DNA of 64,000 nucleotides from Tubiluchus corallicola (taxonomy: Eukaryota; Animalia; Priapulida): the NCBI GenBank assembly GCA_030141605.1, contig JAQGDQ010000374.1:126830-190829 (forward strand), in the 5' to 3' direction. Of the stretch, positions 12,146 through 25,825 are shown in pieces; position 1 is the first letter of the stretch; each line of letters starts with the position of its first letter. The notes beneath the pieces are model-generated. The model ran no database searches. It saw only the letters and a list, made by a program, of their open reading frames with translations, and had not been told where the DNA came from. The position numbers were made by a program, and so were the translations under genes.

Positions 12146-14732
12146 ATTTTCTCTAACTTGACCTTGCAAAACTAGACCGAGTCGTTGTGGCTGGCTTCAA
12201 CTCGCTCCGGTCATTTTAAAGTAAGGAATTTCTACGGATGCTTACCACTGAGTTGGCAGTGATTGTTTAGCTAAAGCGCAAACCAGACGCTGCATTTCTG
12301 ACACAGTTTACACACAAATCAAGTCGGTTTTCCAGTGATTTCTCACTTGTATCGGTTAGCTGTTGATATTTGCTGCTTGAAAGCTTGACACGTCTGTCGT
12401 AAACATTGCTGGCCATTGGACGGGTGTTAATTGTTTATCCAAGAAGGCACAGTTTGTACCCAAACTATATGAGCTGAACTTTATCTTTCTGCTTCAAATG
12501 TATAACTGTGTACATTTTATTGGACTATGTTAACTTGGGTTTATAATACGGTGATATCATTACACCCTGGACACGTTTGATAAACGATCAGACATGTAGC
12601 TCTGCGACTAACAGTGTAAACGCACCTGTGGCGCCATCTATTGCTGCTCATCATTAAACGGACAAAATTAAAACTTCAAAATCCTGGTTTGGCGGTAACT
12701 GAACTCGAAGAGGCGCAATTTATTAATTCCACAAATCAATATCTATTAGATATCAATTTATCAATATTTTAACAAATATTTATTTTCGCTACGATCCATA
12801 CATAACAGCATCCTAAGAATTTTTAATAGAAAATAAAATACTAGCCAGTTGAAAGTACAATAAACAGTCCTACGACAAAACTAATTAAAACAAGTGATAA
12901 CTAACAGGTTGATATCCTACAAAAAATTAAGATAATCGTGCCCATTCACAACTAAAAAAGTGCAGGGAGGCGTGGCCCCTGGCGCAGGTCTTATGAACAC
13001 ATCAAAATTTATGTATAAGAACAAGCCACGTATTGCTTATTCTTGATCACTTGACTGTGCTTAGATGTCGTTTCTTTGCTTCTACGCACGTGATTCCATT
13101 TTCCCTTGTTACACTAATGAGTTGCAGTCGATGAATATTAATTAAACTGGGTCATTAATATTAACTGGGTTGTCTCTTGTATTAGTTATTCTACTTTAAT
13201 AACATTCATAGATCTTAGAAACCGCTGATTTACTTTCATTATTGTACTCAGTAGTGCAACATTGCCACTATGGAGAAAGGCAGTGGCTATTAGCATCGAA
13301 TTAGCTAAATGTGAGCTCATTAAACGGATTTGTGTTTAAGGACAACTCAAATGTAGGGACGTTCACCCCTGGGAAATTTCAGATAGGTACGGAACTGTCC
13401 ACGTGACTGTTGTCACTGTTCAATAGGCTGTAACTCACAAGGAATCAAATTTCGTCTGCTTAAAGAGAATAATTAGGAAGTCAGCAACTCAAAGCAAACC
13501 AAGGTGTAATTTTATTCTGTGTGAAGTACTCTGTCCATAGCAAAGTATTTGTCCACTCATATATATGAAGGCGCAGATGTACAGTAATACCTAGTTTTTG
13601 TTGAAGCAGTTGAAATCTGCATTGCTTAGTAAGCTTTTTCATAGTTTCGCTGTGCGCACGCGCAGTTGCTGTAGGTCAATGGTTAAGTGTACCATACCAA
13701 CGCATCTTAACTACAACCGTCACGTGACATGTGGATAAAGCAATTTTATGTGCATTACGTATTTCATGTGGACACGTGGACGTGCGCGTTTCAGGTATGT
13801 ATTAATCTGCGCTTAGAGTGATTTAGTAGCAGGATCACTACTTGTAAGGTTCAAGCTAGCTGTTAAAACTATTGTTATTACAACAGCATGGGCTGCGAAG
13901 CGTTGTCAAGTGTACACAAATGCGTTGTCTGGTACGCTTAACCTTTGACCTTTTCACGATCATCATCAATCGCTGCAAGTGTGAAAAGGCTTTTTTCCCT
14001 AAACATTTTATTCAGAAGATCGTATTATCTCTTTGTGGCCGAATCACCTGCAATGTTTAAATTTAGGCTTAATTTGGACCACAGGTCCAACGCAACTTAA
14101 CCGCATAAGCCTTTGCAATCACGAAGCGACATAATTCAATCTTTGTAGTTTATCAATCAATCCAATTCTAAAGTATTTTAAGTGCTAATATACCCAGGCC
14201 AGGCAAATACTAATTAAAGTACTTTTGTTATCAGTTTGGGTAACAGATTAACCAGTGATAATGAATTAATTATCTATAACCTTTTTTAATTTATCAAAAA
14301 TGGGACTTTGATGAAGATGTGTTCTTTTATCTTGTGGTGCACTGACATGTGTCCAAATTACGTGTCCTACGTGTCTAAATTACCTTGTATCCAAATGAGC
14401 TATGTGTCCCAAACCTCTAGTATCTAAATAACCCACGCGTCCAAACGGCCGGTGTCCGAATGACCTATGTGTGTGCGATTTAATTTGCATTGAAAATTTT
14501 GACGGTGACGTAGGGGTGGTTGCTTAAGTGACCTCTGGTCTTTGCCACACCGTCTCTAGTTTTATTTACTAATCAATGTTTCTGTAATGTACTTTATTAC
14601 GTAAGACAAAGGGACAAATAAATTTATTGAAATGAATTGTGTCCAAAATGTCCACAAAATCGTCCGAAACTCAACGATTATAAATCAATAGTAAACAGAG
14701 ATAGATAATATAACTCCTTAGTCGCTATAGTG

Positions 14733-15110
14733 ATCACCATCATCATCATCATCGTCGTCGTCGTCATCATCGTCGTCATCATCATCATAATCATCATCAT
14801 CGCCGTCGTCATCATCATCATCATCGTCACCATCGTCGTCATCGTCATCGTCGTCACCGTCGTCATCATCATCGTCATCATCATCGTCATCATCATCATC
14901 ATCATCATCGTCGTCGTCGTCGTCATCATTGTCATCGTTATCGTTACCATCGTCATCATCATCATCATCATCATCATCATAATCATCGTCGTCGTCGTCA
15001 TCATCGTCATCGTCATCGTCAAAATCATTTATCATCATCATCATCATCATCATTACCATCATCATTATCATCATCATCATTGTCGTCATCGTCGTCGTCG
15101 TCGTCGTCAT
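14733..15110. repeat. (CAT/CGT)n microsatellite
   Basis: Direct inspection. Confidence 0.95.
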
Positions 15111-15729
15111 TTAATTATTTAAGTAGTATTAATAACTTCTTCATCAGTTATTACGAAAACATTAACTCTTTCCTGAACTGGTATCGTTGCCACAAACTGA
15201 CATTGACAGCTTCATACATCCTGTTACATTTTACTTTCCCCTGTAATTTTCAAAAGCATCAATAGCGCGCGTCTGGCTGCAGCAGCAAAAGCTGTTCTTT
15301 TTCTTTTAGAACATCATCTTTGCAAAACGCCGCCGCCTCAATCCTCGCTTGAGAATTTAAGCTCGTGACGATTGATTTTAATTGCCGTGGCTTTTACGAA
15401 AACGAGCTTTGCGTTTAATTTCATTTTTCGCCTTCTGTTGTTTCTTTCATTTCGTGTTTCGTGTAGCTTTCATGCGACGTACTTTCAGTTTTGATTACGT
15501 GTCGTGTAGAAACACGCCGGCAACGATTTTCCATTCTTTTATGTTTCAGAGACATTTCCCTCGGCAGAGGCTAATTTATTGTGCTGTAATCCCATTTTAT
15601 AAAATCCTAACTTTGGCTATTATACCATTTGTAAAATCGGTATCCTTTAGATGGATAAAACTTCTACATTCTCACTTGCTTTCTAGTAATTAATTAACTA
15701 GCCACCACCCTAACAATGTAAATTATCTA

Positions 15730-16095
15730 GTTTTACGAAATCAATCACCAGGTGTCGTGCTAAATAACAAAACGTTCGTTGGAGAATTAAGAAAATGGAG
15801 TGAACCGGATGAGATTTGAATCCGAGGCAGTTGAACAACAGCAACAGCAACACCAACAGTAACGACGACAAGAACGACAACAACATCACCAACAACAACA
15901 GCAGCAACAGCAATGGCGACGACGACTACGAAAACCACGACTCCACGACAACAACAACAACTACAACGACAACATCCTCAGCAACAACAGCAGCAACAGC
16001 AATGACGACGAAGACCACGACTCCACGGCAACGACAACATCATCAACAACAGCAACAGTAACAGCGACAGCGACAGCGACAGAAACAATTGCAAC
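15730..16095 (+). repeat. ~105-bp unique segment plus (CAA/CGA/CAG)n tract, copy 1 of an inverted pair
   Basis: GTTTTACGAAATCAATCACCAGGTGTCG...GAGGCAGTTGAACAACAGCAAC is the reverse complement of ~16970-17088. Confidence 0.85.
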
Positions 16096-16171
16096 AATAT
16101 TAATGTAGTTCATCTATAGTGAATGTTTGTGTAATGCATTGCTGTGTCATGAAGGTTTCTGGCGTTTGCCA

Positions 16172-16810
16172 GGTGCCCGGTAAAAATGACACAGGAGAAA
16201 ATGGCACAGATGGAAAAGTAGGTAAAAATGGCAGATACGTTATTCTGATGCAATTCATTTCTATAATAAAACTAGAATTCAGACCTCAGTAGGAAGTTTG
16301 ACTCTTGATTAAAAAAACGTAAAACAAAGATAAACAAGCAAACATACAAAAATGTACATGTATTGGTATTATATAGACTAGGAAAATATTTTGTTCATTA
16401 AATGGAATTATAATCAGTAATTCGCGAATATTCCACATAGTGTTTATTTTCCTTTCTTTAACCATTAATTTTGGCCTTGGTAATACAAAGGCAAATGTGG
16501 GGCATTTATAAACCAAGTCAGATTATACGCATCAATAAGCAAAGGTTATAAACAGCGTTACACAGTTTTCCAAGCGAGAATTACTCGAAATGGAACCTGG
16601 AACTAACTCGTAGTTGTTTGTCCTGGCGGAGATAACAAAAAAGAAGTACTAAACACTCCCTCTGAGACCTCCGCGAAGTGTTTCACGAATGTTTTTGATG
16701 TTTTGCGAAAACCAACTTGGCACCCGATACGCGCCTTCTCTCCACAAAGTTTTGTAAAAATCTGTTTAGGAAGTTTTTCGTAATAGGCTTAATACAACAG
16801 ACAAAACACT
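16172..16810. mobile_element. Composite element C, copy 1 (GGCAC-repeat MITE end plus HINE-like body)
   Basis: Reverse complement aligns with ~32100-33388: GGTGCCCGGTAAAAATGACACAGG start, AAAACTAGAA junction, shared body GCGAGAATTACTCGAAATGGAACCTGGAACTAACTCGTAGTTG. Confidence 0.75.
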
Positions 16811-16849
16811 TTCAAACAAAATCATCATCATCAAACTTGAGTTGTGGTC

Positions 16850-17088
16850 TTCGTCGTCGTCGTCGTCGTCATCATCATCATTGCCGTTGCTGCTGCTGTT
16901 GTTGTTGATGATGTTGTCGTTGTAGTTGTTGTTGATGATGTTGTTGTCGTTCTCGTCGTCGTCGTCGTTGCTGTTGCTGTTGTTCAACTGCCTCGGATTC
17001 AAGTCTCATCCGGGTGACTCCATTTTCTTAATTCTCCAACGAACATTTTGTTATTTAGTACGACACCTGGTGATTGATTTCGTAAAAC
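16850..17088 (-). repeat. Inverted copy 2 of the unique segment plus microsatellite
   Basis: Reverse complement of ~15730-15900, with the same junction to the trinucleotide tract. Confidence 0.85.
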
Positions 17089-17587
17089 ACATATGCTTGA
17101 AACAAAATAGAAACAAACTCCTAACTCACAAAAGACCCTTATATAAAAACGATAAAGTAGAATTCATCAATAATTGGAGAATAAAAAAACGCGTAACGCT
17201 TTAGACTCATAAACTCATCATAGTATGAGTGTCCGTACTATAAAAATATACGACTCGTACGAAAACTTACATGGCAAAAAAATTGCAAAAACTATCAAAA
17301 AGTATTAGAATTCACAATATTTCATCAGTTACCATCATGTCATCATGTAGACAAATTTGTAGATATGTAATATAGTATTTTAATGTTTTTATTCTTATAA
17401 TTTTTAACTTACACTAACTGACACAATTGCTTACATCAGTCTGTCACTGATTGATTATACACTGATTTTATGTAAGATGTAATTTGTTTTACTCTATACT
17501 AGTGTATAATTTTTGTAATAAATATTTATATATACTATTATATATAGCCTCCTTGACAGTGACAAAAATAACTAATTGTCCCCAGAG

Positions 17588-17875
17588 TAACCCTAGCCCT
17601 AAGCCCGTATTAAATTTTTATGAAGTGTGCCAATTTTACTGTACCATTTTTTCCTGTGTCATTTTTACTGTACCATTTTTTCCTGTGTCATTTTTACTGT
17701 AGCATTTTTCCTGTGTCATTTTTTCCTGTGGCATTTTTTCCTGTGTCATTTTTACTGTGCCATTTTTTCCTGTGTCATTTTTACTGTACCATTTTTTCCT
17801 GTCATTTTTACTGTGGCATTTTTACCGTGTCATTTTTACCGTGCCATTTTTTTCCTGTGTGATTTTACCGACATT
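17588..17875. mobile_element. MITE end with AACCCT-like motif and expanded TGTG(T/C)CATTTTT(T)CC subterminal repeats; probably the distal end of element C copy 1
   Basis: Resembles the reverse complement of 31937-32030 (GGTAAAAATGACACGG...GTTAGAGTTAGAG). Contains many ~14-16-bp GCCATTTTT repeats. Confidence 0.6.
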
Positions 17876-19181
17876 CTCTCGGTTTATCAATAGTAATGGC
17901 ACACATCTAACTGATTATGTATGAAACCATAGCAAGTACATGTCATTATTCTGTTTTTATCGGAGACCTTGCATCATAGAGACGAACATAGTGGCGTGCT
18001 GCCGTACCTCTGTCACGCTGTCACCAAGGCAAGTTGTTGACAACGAAAAGGACCCCAGAGATTAATCTCGTACCTGTTGTGCACACAATCATTTTCATCA
18101 TCTCTCGTGAAGTTTGTCGAAATTATACTGAATGACGAACGGAAATAAGCAAGGAATTGTTGCGTCTGGTCTCGATTTGGGTAAATTGTAGAAACTAATG
18201 TAAAAGATGTAAGTAATGGAAATAAACGAACTAATGGAACTAATGCAGGTGAGCTATTTTCAGGTAATACGTATTTAAATAAGTAGAGTCACTTAGTAGC
18301 AACCCAATTAACTGAGGTTTCTGCGATTTAAGCTAATATAATTATGATGTGAAAAAGGGATATGGTAAGACTTCATTAGTAGTGGAGGTTTACAGCTTGC
18401 AAACGTGTTTAAGGCCCTGATCTAGGCCTTAAACAGAGTAAACATCTCCTTTGCTAAGCTTATAATAGCAACGTTTACGATACGGACTAGAATAAACCGT
18501 CTGTAAAAATTTAAGTGTTATTTTATTAAACTTCCTTGCTTCCATTTCTAAAAGTTTGTCATGTCAACAAAACATGACCGTAAGTTCTATAAGTTCTTTT
18601 ACTAACATAACAGCAAACAGAACAGCAAACATTGTAGACAATCAATAGTGTTAATAATTAATAATGTAATTACATGTCGTCTTAACTCTAAACATTTCGT
18701 AAAACGTGAACACCTTGCTGGGTTAATTTATGCAATTTTCAATAAATAATGCGTACGCTGTATAATATTACGGGTTGCATAGAGACATACAACATTCGTT
18801 AGCTAACCTGTCATTTCCACTTGCTTCCATTAACGCCTGACTTATTTATTTGCGAGTGCATTTGAAAGAAAACGATTTGTAAATTACGCCATTAGTTTCC
18901 TAAACAGCAGCTGTAAGCTGGTGCTATGCGAACATGCGAGGTTTTAACTTGCCTGAATTGAAACATCAAAGGAAATAATGTAGATGTGCGACAGTCACTC
19001 CGTCTTTCGTCAAACCTAAATTCGTTATGTCCAGGCTCTCTGCACTCTTCTAAGTCCTGTAACGTTTTTGAAGTTCTGAATCGTTTGCTCTTGTGCGACA
19101 TACTTAAACTAAAGTTTTAATCGAAGAGCGGGTGATTCCAAAATTGAAGTTCAACGCAGGTGTTCTTGGAATCATTCTTAA

Positions 19182-19715
19182 AGGACAAGAAAACGCTTTT
19201 CATAAATAAAACTTAAAAATCCTCCTGTTTTATTGCATGCAGGGCTTGCGTTAGCAGTAACGCTGTATCATTCTTAAAGGACAAGAAAACTCTTTACATA
19301 AATAAAACTTAAAAATCCTCCTGTCTTATTGCATGCAGGGCTTGCGTTAGCAGTAACGCTGTATGAAGTTGTAAATTTCAACTCCCGCGATGATGTTTGG
19401 CGCAGCCATTTTAACGGTGAAATCAGATTCGATAACATTGCCTCAAATAAGCAATCGTAGCACATTCTTTTTTATCTAGGCAAAAATATGAATTACTTTA
19501 TATTGTAGTAGGTACGATCAATATTGTGCTTTTGATGACCTAGTGGTGTGCATCATACAATGACCTTTTACCACTTGACGCCAACATTTTAAATTATCAT
19601 GAATATTCTTTTCCAGTTATAAATAAAAGTCTTTCAAATAAGTAAGCGTAATGTTAGGTAATATAACTTTCTGTGGAAAGTTTTTTGGGATGCACTTTAA
19701 AATTTCCTTTTCTTC
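19182..19715. mobile_element. Family A Kolobok-type element, diverged and truncated copy, with a 96-bp duplication of its terminus
   Basis: TTAA|AGGACAAGAAAAC at both 19178 and 19274. Internal GCAGTAACGCTGTAT...GCAGCCATTTT and TAACTTT...TGGAAA..TTTT.GGGA match 57-545. Confidence 0.7.
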
Positions 19716-19912
19716 CCTTTGTCATTCGAGAGAAAACTTGACGTGAACTGCATTAATGGATGCGGACGCTGAGCAAACACAAGTAACATTTTTAACTATT
19801 TATCTGCAATTTTTTTAACACGTCCTCATTTGGTTTCGTACTACAGAAAGCATGAAAATTATAGTAACAATAAGAAGGCGTTTTCGCATATGATAATATG
19901 GTTAAATTTCTG

Positions 19913-20053
<141 letters not shown>

Positions 20054-20424
20054 TTATTTCACTCCAGCAATACATATACAATACATCAACATGCAATATT
20101 ATTGAAACAAAAACAAACAGTATAGGTAAAAAAACGTTGATGAAGTCAAATTAACCAAATAAAAGAGTTGCTGTATGACACCTTGAAAGCTTGGCTTGTT
20201 AGGGTGGTACAAATGAGCGAATGAAAGAATGGTTAGGGTTAGTAGACATGATAGAATGGAAAAATAGTAAGATTAGGGATAGGAAGAAGGAAGAGGAGAA
20301 TAAACGACAACAGTGTATGTTTAATTTACATAGAGCTACATTAAAATACAATATATGTAATTTGAAACATTATATAATCGCAATAAAGTGTAAATCGATG
20401 TTGTAAAATTGACAGATACAGATA

Positions 20425-21098
20425 GAGCAAGTGCCTCATCAAAGAGGATGACGTATAAACAATTAAATCCCTCCCTAAAGCCACCTGTGATTCCATGCAA
20501 TACTTGAGAAAAATTTCGTATTGCATTCACTAGAATGAGACCCCAGTTTCATAAATTGAAACCTGAGACAGGTAGATGGTGTCGCCAACAGGTGGGAAAC
20601 AGATTGTGTGAATGTGGTGATGTCCATACTGAAGAACACGTTTTAATCACAAGCCCAAAAACGAAAGATCTTAGAAAAGAGTTCACCAACGTAAATTTTT
20701 CTAATATTGTTGATGCATTTGAACGAACACACGTTTAAAATTTGTTATGGTGTATTGAAGCTACTGATTGAGAAATGTTATTTTGAGTCTAGGCCACTGT
20801 CTTTCGTCAAGCAAAAATTAATCATTCGTAAAGTTTGTACCCATACATGATTAGAGATTATCCACAGACTTGTTATCTGTAATATTGTATTTTTTATGAC
20901 AGTAATACATAAGCATTGAATTGTTGTACTTAACTAGATAACACACTATATAACTATATTGCATTTTTTTATCTTTGTTATTCTCGATGTGTCATTTTGT
21001 TTACGTCTTTTTTGGACTAAAATTTTTTTTGGTTACCCATCGTGATAGTGTATTTGCCTCGAATTATGTGAATTGTAGTCAATAAACTAACTAACTAA
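20425..21098 (+). mobile_element. LINE 3' remnant (RTEX/CR1-group ORF2 C-terminus)
   Basis: Translates ...YKQLNPSL...*EKFRIAFTRMR..HKLKPETGRW...RLCECGDVHTEEHVL..SP, a degenerate C-terminal CCHC region with an in-frame stop. Ends with AATAAA and (CTAA)n at 21081-21098. Confidence 0.7.
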
Positions 21099-22711
21099 AG
21101 TAATAATATTTATGTCGTGAAATATGTTAACCTTGGTAACACCGTTTAAGCATTTCATGCTGTCTATCACTGCTATTAAACTATAACAATGCTTGACTGA
21201 AGCGCCACAGTGTGGCACATATTGTACTATTTTCTGTCAGCACTCAACACTACTCAAAGTAAATTCGTCGAAGTCATCACTTAAGATGTTGGCTTAGTTA
21301 AACTTGACTAGGCCCATGTTAAACAGACTTATTGATTCGTTAACTTTGCCTGTAGATGCTTCGTTAGTTGTAATGCTATATAATGTAAACAGACCTGTGA
21401 GGTTGGACCACATGACAGATTTCCTGCTGTCAATAGCTTCATATTCTCAGACTCGGATTAAAAGCAATGGCAATCAATTTATCCGGGCCAGCGCAAATGT
21501 TACACGGAAAGTAGGCACTGCTGTCTTTACCTGATTAGCTTTGTCAGCTAATCGATCGCTTTCCGATAGCGCTGACATTATTGCGTTCTTCAGAAACCGC
21601 ATTTCTGCCCTCCTCGGGAACTTTCGGTTTCAGCTTTTCCTGGCGGGTTCAGATCCGGGTTCGGAAACCAGTAAAGTTAATCATTTTACGATTATTCTCA
21701 TCATCTGTTGGCTAGAGAAGCCCCATAATGCTTGGCTGGTAATTGAGGAAGCCGGCAAACATAACGATATTCTAATTACCCGTGTGCAATTTTACCTGAA
21801 CAAGCTTTTGTTGAGGAACTAATTAGAAAGATCTCGAAAGAAAATACAATGCGGCGAAAAAACACGTTTGCAGTGACGTCATATCTCCTGCAGTGAATCT
21901 GATGGAATTTTGGCTTCATTTTAAAAAATTGCAGAAAATGCCGTAGCCATTGCGTAAGGCTTTCGTATCTGTTGCAAGAAGCCTTAAATGCACCTGATAA
22001 GGATTTTCTATAAGCAACTTAAACTGGCCGTGTGGTTTGCAAACTGCGCATCTATCCCGTTAAATGTCTGTGAAACGTAGACTATTTTAATAGATTTTTA
22101 AACATTCTGACCAAGAGCTTTATTCTGGTTACATGTTGTTCGTGGGAACAGGTTCTGACATAGCTTTCTGACCTAAGGAAATTCATGAACAACAGCGTGT
22201 CTATTAGCCAGTGTTAGAACGTTTTCTCTGCTATGACGTGTTAGAGCCTGGCGGGCATAATTTGAACTAATACTGCGCTCATTCTCTCCAAGGTGTACTC
22301 ATTCTTGCACGCTGCTAGCAGTAAAACCATCACAACCAACACCAACGTCGTCAAAATCATCGCTGTAGTTATCGTTGCTGCCGTTTTTACCATTACCATC
22401 ACTTTATTATTATTAGAAGCATTGTCCTTATCGTTTTCAGTGTTATCATCATCGTCGTCGTCGTCGTCGTCAACTTCATCATCTTAAGGAACAATGTGAA
22501 ATGTACATATCACAAAATTGTAACAGGCCATTATTTCGACGTGGAAGAAGCATGCAGCCATTATCTATAAAATAACAGATAACGAGCCTGTAGTCATGGT
22601 GAACCGATTAATGTCACCTTTTCGCATTTGAAATGATGAATAGCAAAATTCTGTTTATCCGAGTTCTTGTTTTGATGTGGTGAACTGAGAGCAGCCTTGA
22701 AAACAAAGATA

Positions 22712-23402
22712 ACTGTGGCTGAATATTCTAAGCAATAAACTATCACCGTGGCTGAATATTCTAAGCAATAAACTGTCACCGTGGCTGAATATTCTAAGCA
22801 ATAAACTATCACTGTGGCTGAATATTCTAAGCAATAAACTATCACTGTGGCTGAGTATTCTAAGCAATAAACTATCACTGTGGCTGAATATTCTAAGCAA
22901 TAAACTATCACTGTGGCTGAATATGCTAAGCAATAAACTATCACTGTGGCTGAATATTCTAAGCAATAAGCTATCAATGTGGCTGAATATTCTAAGCAAT
23001 AAACTATCACTGTGGCTGAATATGCTAAGCAATAAACTATCACTGTGGCTGAATATTCTAAGAAATAAGCTATCAATGTGGCTGAATATTCTAAGCAATA
23101 AACTATCACTGTGGCTGAATATGCTAAGCAATAAACTATCACTGTGGCTGAATATTCTAAGCAATAAACTATCACTGTGGCTGAATATTCTAAGCAATAA
23201 ACTATCACTGTGGCTGAATATTCTAAGCAATAAACTATCACTGTGGCTGAATATTCTAAGCAATAAACTATCACTGTGGCTGAATATTCTAAGCAATAAA
23301 CTATCAATGTGGCTGAATATTCTAAGCAATAAACTATCACTGTGGCTGAATATGCTAAGCAATAAACTGTCAATGTGGCTGAATATTCTAAGCAATAAAC
23401 TA
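22712..23402. repeat. 33-bp minisatellite, ~21 copies
   Basis: Unit ACTGTGGCTGAATATTCTAAGCAATAAACTATC. Confidence 0.96.
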
Positions 23403-23951
23403 CCAACAGAAGTCAGAGTGAAAACTTTTAACGTATTTTAGGGGTTTCGATCTGTTACGAAATTTAAAGCAAAAGTCAAGTCTCTCGGGAAGTTGAGCTT
23501 ATTTTAATATTTGGGGAAAATGTTAGAAAGTTTCAACAATAAAACTGTGATAAGCATCTCGTGTAATTAGTAAAATCAATTTAAAGTCGTGATCACTTCA
23601 CGCTTGGGCGCGTCCATTTTAGAAGAAAAATGGCGTCATTTGGTTACCGTACAACATAAACACTCATCCCGCCAGGTGCTTCAGCAATCTTTCTTTGACT
23701 TACAGAGCGAACTCTATAAACTAAGTGTAAACCAACCCGGCACCTACTACGTGCTGGCAAGTTAACATTCGTATCTAAAAGTCAACAAAAATCTGTATAT
23801 TAATTATTTGTACAATTAATGTTAATTACTTACATATTTTATATGTGTTATCCTGTAGATCAAAGCAATGTAACCACTTTAAATTTGATCATAATTGACC
23901 GAATGGCAAGAACTTCTAAGCAAACTGTAGAAATTTTGCAACGCGTACCTT

Positions 23952-24061
23952 TACACAGCTTGCCTTCACAGCATTTACGCTGCCCGGCATACACCAGATT
24001 ACGTCATCACAGCTTGCCTTCACAGCATTTACGCTGCCCAGCATACACCAGCCTACGTCAT
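23952..24061. repeat. Two-copy ~55-bp tandem duplication
   Basis: ACAGCTTGCCTTCACAGCATTTACGCTGCCC(G/A)GCATACACCAG..TACGTCAT occurs twice. Confidence 0.9.
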
Positions 24062-25825
24062 TTTTTTAAATATGCCGGTTTAAACGTTCATTTGGCGGGA
24101 GATAAGAAATATTTAAATTTCTTTTACTTTTTCAAGCAAAACACTCTATGTGATATTTTGTATAGTGATTTTAATATTTTTAATTCTACATTAAAGTGCA
24201 ACAAATGTTGTTTGGGGGTTGATTCTTTATTTAACTGAAAAAACTTGGAACAGGTGGTTCGGGTTTTTCAACACAGTTTCTGTGAAGTGAATTTCTTTGC
24301 CCAAACTATGAAAAGACAAAACTAAAATTTAGTAAAACAGAAACCTACTGAAACGATTATCGGGATCTCTATATGCAGAAGCGTTTGGAAAACCTCCAAA
24401 AACACAAATAGAAAAATTCCAAGATTCCCAAAAAACAGAAAATAACACGAACTCGTGTTCTTACGCCGAACATGAGAGAAATCAGAGGATGAACGGTTTT
24501 GACGGTTCTTTGATGGAAAGAGGAGGGATAATGCCAGCGTCCCAAAAAGGAATGTTGATGTACGATGTGGAATCAAGAAATTCATCGGATATGCACTGCT
24601 TCAGATAGGGCCGAAACAACAGTACGGTTCAAGCTGAAATATGCCTTTTGCAATAACGGTGATAGAGAAGCCCAGCTTACAGTAGCAGCAACAGCAATCG
24701 GTTTGACTTGCTTAAAGTGATTGAAAATAAAGTTAAAAGTTTGTCTAATACAATATTATTTAATCCCGGAAATTTGAAGAAGTCAGAAACTACTCAAGTC
24801 GTACTGAGTCCTATGTGTAAACACAGACAAATTAATGCGTGGGGGATTCTTAGCTTCATGTTGTAACAATTCTCATGTGTAGAACAACTTGTCGTGCTTA
24901 ACATTTTTATTTGCTCAATACTTGACTATTCCAATATTGGTTCAGGTTCATACAGTGAATTTCGTCCCATGCATGCATGCTGCTGTGCGCATGCTCGGTC
25001 ATGTTGCGCTCACACGGTTTTTTATGAATTTCTTTAAAACAAAAGCGGACCCAATCTTAAACTGTAGGTAAAAACAATTAACTTTTAAAATGTTGAAAGG
25101 AAACATACCATTTCTTGCAAAAATGACTTACGTGAAAGAATTATTACCACACAAACACAATTTCACATTCGCGCCACTAGTTCTTCGCTGTTACATGCAT
25201 TTCGCCATTCGCTAGTTAGATGGGCACTAGCGTCTGTATTTCGGAAACGCATTATACAAAAACAGGTGCTGTACCTCTCGCAGTGAGCACAAGCGTAAAT
25301 TTGAGTTTTTATCTTAAAATATGCCTAGTTTTAGTTCAACACACTGAATATCTTACAGTAGCACTTTACTTCAATTTTCGCTTTCGCAAACACGTGCAAC
25401 ACGTTCGTGGAATATTTTTGCTGTTGAAAATTATATTAGTTTGTGATGTCATCAATGGTTGAGCTCGCCCGCCGTTAATTAAGTTTTTAATTTTTTATTT
25501 AATTATCAGAAATGCTTTTGCAGTATTAATTGTGTTAAAATATGTACTTGTTATCGGACTTGAAAATGGGGTAGTAAAATTATCCTGTCTTCCTCTAAGA
25601 ACGATTACCGTTTGTACGGCGGTTTTCGTGTGATTAGTACTACTACGCCTTCTCCTACTCTGAATTTTGTTTAAAGTAGATTTACCCACTTTAAAGTAAT
25701 CTAGCGTAAGGGATGGGACGAATTCGTTCACTTGAAGCGGGAACTTTTTTGCGAACTTTACAGTTATTAAATAAGTAATTTGAACATGAACTTGAACGAA
25801 TTCGCCGAAAAAGCGAACTAGAAGT

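Noticed and set aside
14678-15122. Poly-Asp 'aspein-like' acidic biomineralisation protein
   Set aside because: This is a pure (GAT/GAC)n microsatellite with a frameshift in the tract, no signal peptide and no supportable exon boundaries.
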